NCBI GenBank assembly: GCA_016783605.1 | Contig: JADHWG010000003.1 | Location: 1 to 62,404 of the forward strand | Length of the DNA: 62,404 nucleotides | Direction: 5' to 3' | Source of the DNA: Candidatus Omnitrophota bacterium | GTDB taxonomy: Bacteria > Omnitrophota > Gorgyraeia > Tantalellales > Tantalellaceae | Shown: positions 16,762 through 25,490 of the stretch, piece after piece | Numbering within the stretch: the first letter of the stretch is position 1 | Layout of the letters: every line of letters begins with the position of its first letter | Notes under the pieces: model-generated | What the model was told of the DNA's origin: nothing | Database searches by the model: none | Seen by the model: only the letters and a program-made list of their open reading frames with translations | Translations under genes and position numbers: made by a program

Positions 16762-18024
16762 CTACCTCTCCCGTATCTGCCCCGTACCGTGGACAACATA
16801 TTTGTAGCTGCAGAGTTCTTCGAGCCCCATAGGACCTCTGGCGTGTATTTTATCCGTTGAAATGCCTATTTCGGCGCCTTTTCCGAACTCGCCTCCATCT
16901 GTAAATCTTGTGGACGCGTTAACATACACGACTGCGGAATCGACTTCCCGCAGAAATTTATCGGCGTTTTTTTTGTTTTTCGTCACGACCGCGTCGGAAT
17001 GACGCGATCCAAACCTGGATATATGCTCGATCGCCTCCTCCGGAGAATCCACAATTCGCACATTAAGAACAAGATCCAGCCATTCGGTCGCAAAATCTTT
17101 TTCTGTCGCCTTTTCAGCTTCCTCGCCTAAAATTTTTATGGTTTTTTCGCATCCCTTTATTTTAACTCCGGATCTTATTAATTTTTCGGCAAGCTTAGGC
17201 AAAAATTCTCCGGCGCAAGCGTTATGCACAAGCAGAGTTTCCATCGCGTTACAAACACCAGGTCTTTCGATCTTGGCGTTTAAACATATTTCTTCCGCCA
17301 TATCAAGATCGCTTTCAGAGTCGACATACACATGGCAAATACCTTTATAGTGTTTTATTACGGGGATCGTACTTTTGGAAACAACTTCACGGATCAAGTC
17401 TTCTCCGCCTCTAGGCATGATGAGATCAATTTTTCCGTCTGCCGTAAGCATTGCCCCGACTAACAAGCGTGATGTATCTTCAATAAGACCGAACGCGCCT
17501 TCTTTTACCCCGTTATCTTCAGCCGCTTTTTTCAGCGCGTCAAAAATGGCCTTATTCGAATTTATGGCGCAAGATCCGCCGCGCAAAATGGCGGCGTTGC
17601 CCGATTTAAAGCAAAGCGCGATACATTCGGCGGTTACATTCGGTCGTGATTCGTAAATTATGCCGATGACGCCTATCGGCACACGGACTTTTTCGATAAC
17701 AAGTCCGTTGGGCCGCGTTTTTTTTTCGATCACTTCTCCCACAGGATCATCCAGATCGGCAACCTCTTTTATCATCTGGACCATTCCATCAATTCTTTTA
17801 TCATCAAGCCTCAGTCTCTCAATGAACGCTTTATTTTTGTTATCCTTCTTCGCGGCGGCAATATCTTTATCGTTCGCCTTTTTGATCTCCTCGCGCCGTG
17901 CGAATATGCTATCAGCCATGCAGGTCAATACAATGTTCTTTTGTTTCGTGGACATAACCGACAACTGCTTCTCGGCTGAACCGGCGGAAATCGCCATTTC
18001 ATCAATTTTTTTTACCGCGTCCAT
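16762..18024 (-). CDS. proA: glutamate-5-semialdehyde dehydrogenase
   Basis: 420 aa, full-length gamma-glutamyl phosphate reductase pattern (IYESRPNVT, GVCNAMETLLVH). Confidence 0.93.
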   Translation of the reverse strand: MDAVKKIDEMAISAGSAEKQLSVMSTKQKNIVLTCMADSIFARREEIKKANDKDIAAAKKDNKNKAFIERLRLDDKRIDGMVQMIKEVADLDDPVGEVIEKKTRPNGLVIEKVRVPIGVIGIIYESRPNVTAECIALCFKSGNAAILRGGSCAINSNKAIFDALKKAAEDNGVKEGAFGLIEDTSRLLVGAMLTADGKIDLIMPRGGEDLIREVVSKSTIPVIKHYKGICHVYVDSESDLDMAEEICLNAKIERPGVCNAMETLLVHNACAGEFLPKLAEKLIRSGVKIKGCEKTIKILGEEAEKATEKDFATEWLDLVLNVRIVDSPEEAIEHISRFGSRHSDAVVTKNKKNADKFLREVDSAVVYVNASTRFTDGGEFGKGAEIGISTDKIHARGPMGLEELCSYKYVVHGTGQIRER

Positions 18025-18042
18025 TTTTCTCCTTATTTCATT

Positions 18043-18069
18043 GTAGGGAGAGGCTTGCCTGTCCCCTAT
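18043..18069. repeat. REP-like hairpin with GTAG head (proA-proB gap)
   Basis: GTAGGGAGAGGCTTGCCTGTCCCCTAT, an imperfect hairpin. Confidence 0.5.
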
Positions 18070-18070
18070 A

Positions 18071-19177
18071 TCAACCCAAGATCACAAGATTATCCCGATG
18101 GATCACCTCATCATAATCTTTGTATCCGAGCTGTTTTTTGATAACAGCGGTTTTTTTGCCTTTGATCTTTTGTATCTCACCGGAGGCGTAATTCGAAAGT
18201 CCTCTTGCCAAAGCTTTGCCCGACTCTGACAAAATCTCGAGCACGTCTCCTTTGGAAAACTTCCCGGATACGTTACAAATTCCGCTCGGCAGGAGGCTTT
18301 TTTTATCTTTTACCAAAGCTTTTTCCGCGCCTTTGTCTACAACAAGCTTTCCCTTGGGTTTCATACTGAAAGCTATCCAGCGTTTCCGAGCGGTTAAAGT
18401 TCTGCCCGCGGCAACAAAATGTGTACCAATCTCTTTTTTTTCAAGAACAATATCTTTTATCACGTTTTTTTTTCGCCCATCGGCAATAACACATTCTATT
18501 CCCGAATGAACCGCACTTTTTACGGCATCAAGCTTAGTGACCATTCCGCCTGTGCTTTCCTCACAAGCCTTATCCCCACAGAAGGCTTTTAAACGATCGA
18601 TATCGACCGCGTTCTCAACCTTTTTTACCACTTCCGACTTTTTATCATAGACACCTTCAACGTCGGTAAGGATGACCAACATTTCCGAATCCGTAAGGTC
18701 GGCAACAAGCCCGGACAGTCTGTCATTATCTCCACATTTCATTTCTTCCGTCGAAACCGAATCATTTTCGTTGATGATCGGAACAGATCCAAACTTAAAA
18801 AGCGCGTTAACCGTATACCTTATGTTTAAAAATCTTCGGCGCGAATTAAAATCTTCTTGAGTGAGAAGGACTTGACCGGCAAAATGTCCTTTTTTCGCGA
18901 GATATTTGTTATACATATCCATCAAATGGTTCTGCCCGATACTCGCCACCGCTTGCAATTCAGAAAGCGAACGCTCCTTTTTTCGAATCTCCAAAAGTCC
19001 CAAACCGGCGCCGATCGCTCCGGATGAAACCACAACAACTTCAATTTTCGAATCCATAAGAGCGGAGATCTGTTCTGAGAGATCTTTAATAATTCCTTGA
19101 TCTATCTTATTATCCTTGTCCGTCAGAACTCTCGTACCAATCTTGATCGTTATTCTCTTCGGTTTTCTTTTTGACAT
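18071..19177 (-). CDS. proB: glutamate 5-kinase (with PUA domain)
   Basis: 368 aa. Amino-acid kinase fold (IKIGT..L, VVSSGAIGAG) plus a C-terminal PUA-like region. Confidence 0.92.
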   Translation of the reverse strand: MSKRKPKRITIKIGTRVLTDKDNKIDQGIIKDLSEQISALMDSKIEVVVVSSGAIGAGLGLLEIRKKERSLSELQAVASIGQNHLMDMYNKYLAKKGHFAGQVLLTQEDFNSRRRFLNIRYTVNALFKFGSVPIINENDSVSTEEMKCGDNDRLSGLVADLTDSEMLVILTDVEGVYDKKSEVVKKVENAVDIDRLKAFCGDKACEESTGGMVTKLDAVKSAVHSGIECVIADGRKKNVIKDIVLEKKEIGTHFVAAGRTLTARKRWIAFSMKPKGKLVVDKGAEKALVKDKKSLLPSGICNVSGKFSKGDVLEILSESGKALARGLSNYASGEIQKIKGKKTAVIKKQLGYKDYDEVIHRDNLVILG

Positions 19178-20132
19178 TTTTTATTTCTCCATAAATTGCG
19201 GTGATCAATTCTTTTGTTCCCTCACCCGTTAGTGCCGAGATCTCCCAGATCTTGACATCAATAGACTTTCTGAGTTTTTTCAAATTTTCCGCCGCGCCGG
19301 TCGTATCCATTTTATTCGCGACAACAACTCTAGGTTTTTCGTATACGTTCTGATCGTATAGTTTAAGTTCTTCTTCCAATTGCAGATAATTTTTTACCGG
19401 ATCCGATCCATCGATCGGCGCGATGTCAACCACATGCACCAGAACGCGGGTTCTTTCAATATGACGAAGAAACCTGTCTCCCAATCCGCGACCGGCATGG
19501 GCACCTTCAATGAGACCCGGCATATCGGCGATCACAAAACTATCGTCAAAAAACTTTACAACTCCCAATTTTGGTGTTTTTGTGGTGAAAGGATATGAAG
19601 CAATTTTGGAATGCGCGCTTGAAATTTTTGAAATTAGTGTGGATTTTCCGGCATTCGGGAACCCGATAAGACCGGCGTCACTTGCGAGTTTGAGTTCCAG
19701 CAGTAATGTTTTTGTTTCTGGTTCTTTCCCAACTGTCGCGGGAAGACCTTTCGCGTTACCAAGCCCTCCGGCGCCGCCTTTGGCGGCTATCACTTCTTCT
19801 CCAGCGAAAGAAAGATCCCGTATAACAAGATCATCTTCAGCGTCTCGAACAATCGTTCCGATCGGCACTTTCAAAACAAGATCCTTCCCGCGTCTGCCGA
19901 ATTTCTTATTGGAACCGCCATGTTTGCCGCTTCCGGCAGAATGATGCTGGTTATATCGAAATTTTAAAAGCGTGTTAAGATTCTCGTCACTCTTTACGAT
20001 AACATCGCCGCCTGAACCGCCATCGCCGCCGTCCGGAATACCTCGTCTATGGAACAGATCTTTGTACAGACTCTGGCACCCCTTTCCGCCTCTACCGCCA
20101 GAAACATAAATTTTTGCCTGATCAATAAGCAT
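19110..20132 (-). CDS. obg: GTPase Obg/CgtA
   Basis: Glycine-rich Obg fold (GGRGGKG, GGDGGSGGDV), G1 GFPNAGKST, G3 DMPGLIEGA, G4 NKMD. Overlaps the proB start by 68 nt. Confidence 0.93.
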   Translation of the reverse strand: MLIDQAKIYVSGGRGGKGCQSLYKDLFHRRGIPDGGDGGSGGDVIVKSDENLNTLLKFRYNQHHSAGSGKHGGSNKKFGRRGKDLVLKVPIGTIVRDAEDDLVIRDLSFAGEEVIAAKGGAGGLGNAKGLPATVGKEPETKTLLLELKLASDAGLIGFPNAGKSTLISKISSAHSKIASYPFTTKTPKLGVVKFFDDSFVIADMPGLIEGAHAGRGLGDRFLRHIERTRVLVHVVDIAPIDGSDPVKNYLQLEEELKLYDQNVYEKPRVVVANKMDTTGAAENLKKLRKSIDVKIWEISALTGEGTKELITAIYGEIKNVKKKTEENNDQDWYESSDGQG

Positions 20133-20133
20133 T

Positions 20134-20376
20134 TTAACCGGAAATAATACTCACAACTCGTTTCCCGGAGAAAGAAACCATGCCGCCTATTTTCGCGAAC
20201 AATGTATCGTCTTTTCCTTTACCTACGTTCATTCCCGGCTTATAACGAGTCCCTCTTTGCCTTATGATGATGCTTCCCGCGCTTACGGTTTGTCCGCCGA
20301 AACATTTGACCCCCAATCTCTGAGCATTTGAATCGCGACCGTTACGAGAAGACCCCTGTCCTTTTTTATGTGCCAT
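20134..20376 (-). CDS. rpmA: 50S ribosomal protein L27
   Basis: [24 protein letters not shown]... is the canonical bL27 N-terminus. Confidence 0.95.
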   Translation of the reverse strand: MAHKKGQGSSRNGRDSNAQRLGVKCFGGQTVSAGSIIIRQRGTRYKPGMNVGKGKDDTLFAKIGGMVSFSGKRVVSIISG

Positions 20377-20398
20377 AATTTTACCTCATTTATTTAAT

Positions 20399-20460
20399 CG
20401 TATATAGTATATCGTATATCGCAAGAGCCCCCAATTCCACCTTGTAGGTGGAATTGGGGA
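20399..20460. repeat. CGTATAT-heptamer element, family T, copy 1 (one arm plus TTCCACC hairpin)
   Basis: CGTATAT AGTATAT CGTATAT CGCAAGA followed by the hairpin CCCCAATTCCACC TTGTA GGTGGAATTGGGG. Lies in the rplU-rpmA gap. Confidence 0.75.
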
Positions 20461-20477
20461 ATGTACAGACCAACTGG

Positions 20478-20792
20478 CTAACTGAAATGTATATCTCTAA
20501 TTTTAAGTTCCGTAACGTCTTGCCGGTGCCCTTTTTTAGACTGTGAACTTTTTCTGTCACGATATTTGAAAACCGTAACTTTTTTTAAACGTTTATCCCG
20601 AACTATCTCGCATTCCACATAAGCACCCTTCACATATGGCTGACCTACAAGATACGACGACGCCTTTTTACCGAATAAGACCTTATCGATCTTAATTGTT
20701 TTCTTTTTTTGGTCATTTATCCGGTTAACCGTGATCGTATCATTTTTTTCCACACGAAATTGTGACCCTAAAACATCAATTATTGCGTACAT
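20478..20792 (-). CDS. rplU: 50S ribosomal protein L21
   Basis: MYAIIDVLGSQFRVEKND... is the canonical bL21. Confidence 0.95.
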   Translation of the reverse strand: MYAIIDVLGSQFRVEKNDTITVNRINDQKKKTIKIDKVLFGKKASSYLVGQPYVKGAYVECEIVRDKRLKKVTVFKYRDRKSSQSKKGHRQDVTELKIRDIHFS

Positions 20793-20923
20793 TTTTTACC
20801 CCTCTTCTAATAAGCACAGATAGCGCGCCTTCTCGGGGCGCAAACCGATACTGTCACGTAACCTCTTGCAGAGCAAAAGCTTACATCAATAACGCCAACT
20901 CCTTCGCCACCAAATACCGAATA

Positions 20924-20952
20924 ATACTATCAGATACCCCACACATTGTCAA
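20924..20952 (-). promoter_or_regulatory. candidate promoter of the rplU-rpmA-obg operon (TTGACA-17 nt-TAGTAT)
   Basis: Minus strand reads TTGACA (20952-20947), a 17-nt spacer, TAGTAT (20929-20924). This would give a ~125-nt leader before rplU. Confidence 0.4.
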
Positions 20953-20986
20953 GACCAAACGTTACCAGCCGATCGTAGGGTGTTTA

Positions 20987-22141
20987 TCAATTGTTCCAAC
21001 TGACCAGCCTGAAGCTGTTTTCACCATCCGGACCCATTAGATCCTCCGGTAATATGTGAACGTAATTATAGTCGATTAGAGTCAAAACGTTCCACATTCG
21101 AATATCTCTGCCCGCCAGCATAGTTCCGTTAATGTCAATTTCAGCCCCAGCTTGGATGCTTTTAATGTCTTGAGAGGCATAAACCAGCGCCTCACCAACC
21201 GAAAGCTCTCCCCTGATCCTTATGTCTCCATTCACCGCCAAAATAACATTTTTGTTTCCGGTTTTGTTTTGAGAAAGCGCGCCCGAAATAGCTATACTGT
21301 CAGCAATAATGCCACCGTTCAGTGTGCAATTTCCGGTAAAAACCGCGTCTCCATCAATATAAACGATACCGTTTCCCGGAGACAAGCTCGCGGAATTGAA
21401 CGTTTGATTTCCACTGTAATAATCGCCGGAGTCTGTCGCGGCCTGCAGATAAGATGCTTTTAAATAATCTAAAGAAGGAAATGTTATTCGATTCTCTCCC
21501 TCATAGATCGTCGCGGCATCATCATTCGCTCCGTTGATATACGCGTTGTTATCCAGCATATCCCAGCTTCCTGTATGAAGTCTCATTCCTTCTTTAACAA
21601 TACCGGTCGCGGAAACGTCTCCGGTAATCGTCAACTCAGCAAAAACCGGTCCGGCTTTTAGGTATACGTTGTTATTCGCGTGGATGTCTCCGACGATCGT
21701 CGCGTTCGCTACGAGTGCATTGATCCGTATATCATTTCCGGCGCCTGAGAAATAATCCAACGCAGTCGGGGTGTTATCGGAAATTTCCGCGGAAACGATT
21801 TCTGAAATTCCATTCACCGTTCCAGTCGAAATTACCAGATGTCTGCTTCCGACTTGTGAAAAAACAACGCTATAGGATCCGATGTCGAGCGCTCCCGAAA
21901 AATCCGCACGCGCGGCGAAGCCATCGTTCTGTATATTTGAAAGCGCGTGATTTATTCCGGCTTCGGCCATGAACCGCGACTGTTCCTTCTCTCTCACGCG
22001 TTCAATTAGTCTCGCATCCTGCTGTACCATTGAAGAAAGCGGAAGCACACTCAAAACCATAAGCGCTAAAAAACCCAACACCATGGCTAAAACCATACCC
22101 TTACGATTTTTTTTTGTTTTAGAACTTACCTCATTCTTCAT
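20987..22141 (-). CDS. PilX-like pilus-associated protein with beta-helix-like repeats
   Basis: N-terminal TM helix without a prepilin motif (KGMVLAMVLGFLALMVLSVLPL), as in PilX_N-type proteins. It is followed by repetitive G-D/N-rich beta-strand segments. Starts 2 nt after the 751-aa pilin-like gene. Confidence 0.55.
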   Translation of the reverse strand: MKNEVSSKTKKNRKGMVLAMVLGFLALMVLSVLPLSSMVQQDARLIERVREKEQSRFMAEAGINHALSNIQNDGFAARADFSGALDIGSYSVVFSQVGSRHLVISTGTVNGISEIVSAEISDNTPTALDYFSGAGNDIRINALVANATIVGDIHANNNVYLKAGPVFAELTITGDVSATGIVKEGMRLHTGSWDMLDNNAYINGANDDAATIYEGENRITFPSLDYLKASYLQAATDSGDYYSGNQTFNSASLSPGNGIVYIDGDAVFTGNCTLNGGIIADSIAISGALSQNKTGNKNVILAVNGDIRIRGELSVGEALVYASQDIKSIQAGAEIDINGTMLAGRDIRMWNVLTLIDYNYVHILPEDLMGPDGENSFRLVSWNN

Positions 22142-22143
22142 AA

Positions 22144-24399
22144 CTACTTTCCTGTATTTCTCGGTTCGATCTCGACGTAATTTTCCTCCGAGACCACAAC
22201 TTCCTTAACTTCTTCCGAAACGCTTACGTGAACACTCAACACTTTTATCAATTCCGTTCCGTCAATGGTAATTTTGGCCTGACCGTAATCGTTTTTCTTC
22301 GCGATATCGGCAGTTATCGTACATATTCGGTCTTCCCCCGGCCAATCTATTGCCACGTCATCCACCCACGGAGAAGATGTTTTTGTAATGTATGGCAGAG
22401 AGCCTGTTTCGGGAAAATCATAAGGAAAAGCCAACCCTATTTGAGCCGTAATATAATCCGCGTAGCTTAAAGTACTCCCCGCGCTTTCCCAAAATGGTTC
22501 GGTAGCGAGATCCATAAAAAATTGAACATACCTCCCGCTTCCTATGGATAACGCGTGCGGATTGGACGCGTTGCCGGAAACGGCATCCCAATCCGTCGCG
22601 CCGGTCATATAAAGACTGCCCGACGAACGTGCTTTTGCCTCGATATTTGTCCCAACCGGACGATTTTCAGACCATCCCAATTGTTTGTACGCGGGAGAGT
22701 CCAACGATGTATCGAAAACCTGCGACTCTACTTGACCGGTCTTTTTTCCGGTATCGATACTTGCCGTAACAAAAACATCGGTTGATACATCCGGCGCGTA
22801 TGTTCCGCCCCACACCGGAGTTCCGGCGGCATTTTCTATTCCCGCGCCCGTAAGATAATATGCCTGTGTATCCGCCGATTGCCAATACGAACACTCTGCC
22901 TGACTTACATCGGAAATGTAAAAGCTGATAAAATAATCCGTGTCTTGCCCCGCTCCATCTCTCACAACCAAAGGAAAAGCCGTCCATTCACTCCAAGCTT
23001 CCCCGTTTTGCGGCTGGGCGGAAGAAATAACAATATCCGGAACAATATTTCCCGTGCCGGGATCTTTAAAGAAAAGTTGTTGATGACGATGACATTCTTG
23101 AATCGTTTTAGCTGCCGGCGAGTCGTTTTCAAGTCCGTCATAAACCTCTGCCGCGGCATCATTACTTTTTCTCGTGATATATGCTTTTTCTATTCGCAGA
23201 GTCCCGGAGCTTGCCGATTTAAAACTCGCGCGGATAATATCCACCTGATCATCCGGCTCATCCGGATCAATGTCTATACACGAATGATCAATAACCGTCC
23301 TAACAACTACCGCCGCCGGAGGCGCCGATAGAGGATCCACCGGATTTACGTACCCGTCATGTCCCGCTTGCGCGGCGTCTCCCGTCGCCGTGTCCGCGAA
23401 CCATGTTATCTCGCCCGACTCTTCTCCTTCCGGAACATCCAATCCGACACGCGCTTCTTCTCCGGTACGCTCGGTGTTATTTAACGAAGCGCTGTTAAAC
23501 GCGGATTCTCGCCAAAGGTCATAATAATCCACAATTTCCATATAACTGCCGACTCCGCCGGAGGCCAGTTCCAAATAATTGTTGTTATTCCACATGGAGT
23601 CGTATATTCTCCCCGCCGTTCCTCCATTCGCAGTGAAAGCTCCGGCAGGTGCGAACAAAGAATCATAATATTCCATCTCTCTCACGCTTCCGGAAGGTTC
23701 TATCCTTATGTTGTCAACTCCAAGATCATAACCGCTTGATGCCGCATTTTTTCCCGTCACTTCCAACCGTATGGTATGATCTCCCGGAGATAAACGAGCC
23801 CATCCGAACACAACTTGATTCGCCTTTACTGCAGTAGCGGACACATCATAAAAATCGATCACCGGAGCCAATGAAGAAATTTCAAAAACATCCACGTTTT
23901 TCAAAAACTCCGTATCGGTATAACTTCCGCCCGAACCGGAGGAAACAACAGCCGCCATCTGGACATATCTTTGAACGTCTGTTTTTGAATTATCTCGACT
24001 ATTAAAAACCGTACGTCTGAGTGTATATTGAGTCCCTTCTGCCGGGAACAAATGGTAGATAACCGTTTTGTCCCAATCGATCTTGCCGTTCGCATTAAGC
24101 GTAAAAAAACCATTTCCGTCAAGATCCGCCACCGGCATACTTATTGCCGTATAAGGTTCACCGCCTGAGGGATAAAATGATATATGCGTAAGACTGGAAA
24201 GCCGCAAGTCATTTTTTATCGTCTCAAGAGCTTTAACCAGATCCGTTCTTAAACCGGTTCTAACCCGTTCACCGGCCCAAGTTCTGTACGTAAACACCCA
24301 GATCGACAAAACGGCGGCGATCACCATGATCGAGATCAGGGCGGCAAACACCACTTCCGACAAAGTGAACCCTTTTTTTTGTTTTAGCAACTTCAACAT
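22144..24399 (-). CDS. giant minor pilin-like protein (751 aa) with prepilin-type N-terminal methylation motif
   Basis: KKGFTLSEVVFAALISIMVIAAVLSI is the class III signal (G/FTLxE plus a hydrophobic helix). The C-terminal ~700 aa have no recognisable domain. Confidence 0.75.
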   Translation of the reverse strand: MLKLLKQKKGFTLSEVVFAALISIMVIAAVLSIWVFTYRTWAGERVRTGLRTDLVKALETIKNDLRLSSLTHISFYPSGGEPYTAISMPVADLDGNGFFTLNANGKIDWDKTVIYHLFPAEGTQYTLRRTVFNSRDNSKTDVQRYVQMAAVVSSGSGGSYTDTEFLKNVDVFEISSLAPVIDFYDVSATAVKANQVVFGWARLSPGDHTIRLEVTGKNAASSGYDLGVDNIRIEPSGSVREMEYYDSLFAPAGAFTANGGTAGRIYDSMWNNNNYLELASGGVGSYMEIVDYYDLWRESAFNSASLNNTERTGEEARVGLDVPEGEESGEITWFADTATGDAAQAGHDGYVNPVDPLSAPPAAVVVRTVIDHSCIDIDPDEPDDQVDIIRASFKSASSGTLRIEKAYITRKSNDAAAEVYDGLENDSPAAKTIQECHRHQQLFFKDPGTGNIVPDIVISSAQPQNGEAWSEWTAFPLVVRDGAGQDTDYFISFYISDVSQAECSYWQSADTQAYYLTGAGIENAAGTPVWGGTYAPDVSTDVFVTASIDTGKKTGQVESQVFDTSLDSPAYKQLGWSENRPVGTNIEAKARSSGSLYMTGATDWDAVSGNASNPHALSIGSGRYVQFFMDLATEPFWESAGSTLSYADYITAQIGLAFPYDFPETGSLPYITKTSSPWVDDVAIDWPGEDRICTITADIAKKNDYGQAKITIDGTELIKVLSVHVSVSEEVKEVVVSEENYVEIEPRNTGK

Positions 24400-24422
24400 A
24401 ATTTATCTCCCAAAACAACCTC

Positions 24423-24451
24423 GTAGTAGGGGCACATACACTGTGCCCCTA
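24423..24451. repeat. REP-like hairpin GTAGTAGGGGCACATACACTGTGCCCCTA
   Basis: The CTA at 24449-24451 inside the hairpin foot is the TAG stop of the minor pilin gene. Confidence 0.7.
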
Positions 24452-24901
24452 AGTAACATCCGAAAATAATGTTTCCATTATGACAGGATCTCCCAACAAA
24501 GTCATCTCACCGGTTTCGGGATCCAAAAGACTTCCGTCCATATTTATCTTCATTCTTTTAACTGTAACTTTTATTTTTGTGAGATTAGCGTTGCCGCTAA
24601 AATTTGGAGTGATTTCAGTTGAGCGTAAATATCTTCCGTCCGCGTCAATATTGCCGTCGATGCCGACACGCACGTCCGACTCTACCGCTGTGGATATATC
24701 GGAAAAACTTAATCTTTTCAAAACATCGATCCGCCTTTGAGCAAGATATGAAGCAGTATAGATCGTATCTATTCGTCTTGAGAATACGGCGCTCTGAGTG
24801 GCCACAACTCCCATTGACACCGCGGCGATAAGAACCAACGCAGCGGCCGTAATAACTTCAACTAAAGTCATCCCTTTTTGATCGTCAAAAAATAGACGCA
24901 T
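24449..24901 (-). CDS. minor pilin / pseudopilin with prepilin-type N-terminus (150 aa)
   Basis: MRLFFDDQKGMTLVEVITAAALVLIAAVSM. ATG at 24901 with a GGAGAA RBS. The track extension to 25006 reads into a repeat element. Confidence 0.75.
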   Translation of the reverse strand: MRLFFDDQKGMTLVEVITAAALVLIAAVSMGVVATQSAVFSRRIDTIYTASYLAQRRIDVLKRLSFSDISTAVESDVRVGIDGNIDADGRYLRSTEITPNFSGNANLTKIKVTVKRMKINMDGSLLDPETGEMTLLGDPVIMETLFSDVT

Positions 24902-24950
24902 AGATTTTTCTCCGCGTAAATCTTTAGAGGGCGAATGATTATTCGCCCCT

Positions 24951-25182
24951 TGTATATTGTCACAATTCAGGTAACAAATCGATAGTGACCGGGACCACCC
25001 GACCATTTTGTCCCCTCGTCAATTAATCGGACAAGGCAGGCCTTGTCCCTACGAATATATATATAACATGCCCAACAAATCGTAGGGGCCGGGCCTGCCC
25101 GGCCCTTTTATCCCCATCATCATTGATAACCTTTATATGTTGGTGCCATTATAAACGGTTACCTCAATTATGACAATATACA
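24951..25182 (+). mobile_element. MITE-like element, family A (tandem copy 1 of 2)
   Basis: TGTATATTGTCACAATTCAGGTAAC ... GTTACCTCAATTATGACAATATACA. Preceded by the hairpin GAGGGCGAATGATTATTCGCCCC. Confidence 0.85.
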
Positions 25183-25225
25183 CCCTACCGTATAAATCAT
25201 TAGAGGGCGAATGATTATTCGCCTC

Positions 25226-25488
25226 TTGATATTGTCACAATTCAGGTAACAAATCGATAGTGACCGGGACCACCCGACCATTTTGTCCCCTCGTCAATTA
25301 ATCGGACAAGGCAGGCCTTCCCTACGAATAATATAAAACATACCACAACAAATCGTACGAATAATATAGAACATGACACAACAAATCGTAGGGGCCGGGC
25401 CTGCCCGGCCCTTTTATCCCCATCATCATTGATAACCTTTATATGTTGGTGCCATTATAGACGGTTATCTGAATTGTGACAATATTCA
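25226..25488 (+). mobile_element. MITE-like element, family A (tandem copy 2, with an internal ~35-nt duplication)
   Basis: TTGATATTGTCACAATTCAGGTAAC ... GTTATCTGAATTGTGACAATATTCA. The flanking CCCTAC supplies the rng TAG stop (25491-25493). Confidence 0.85.
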
Positions 25489-25490
25489 CC

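Noticed and set aside
16596-16799. Small ORFs lying on repeat elements (also 40189-40416, 40299-40487, 40763-40987, 41942-42197, 46901-47131, 35051-35248, 49736-49921, 6638-6850, 36597-36868, 58723-59254)
   Set aside because: Their peptides are translations of heptamer or hairpin repeats (e.g. QVAGCRLQVAGF, RRRRVRLRRK, VTRIVTIYKG). The same DNA recurs in many non-homologous contexts.
19110-19177. 68-nt overlap of obg and proB as a possible frameshift or programmed feature
   Set aside because: Both ORFs are full length with normal termini. The overlap is explained by a short acidic Obg C-terminal extension, and there is no slippery sequence.
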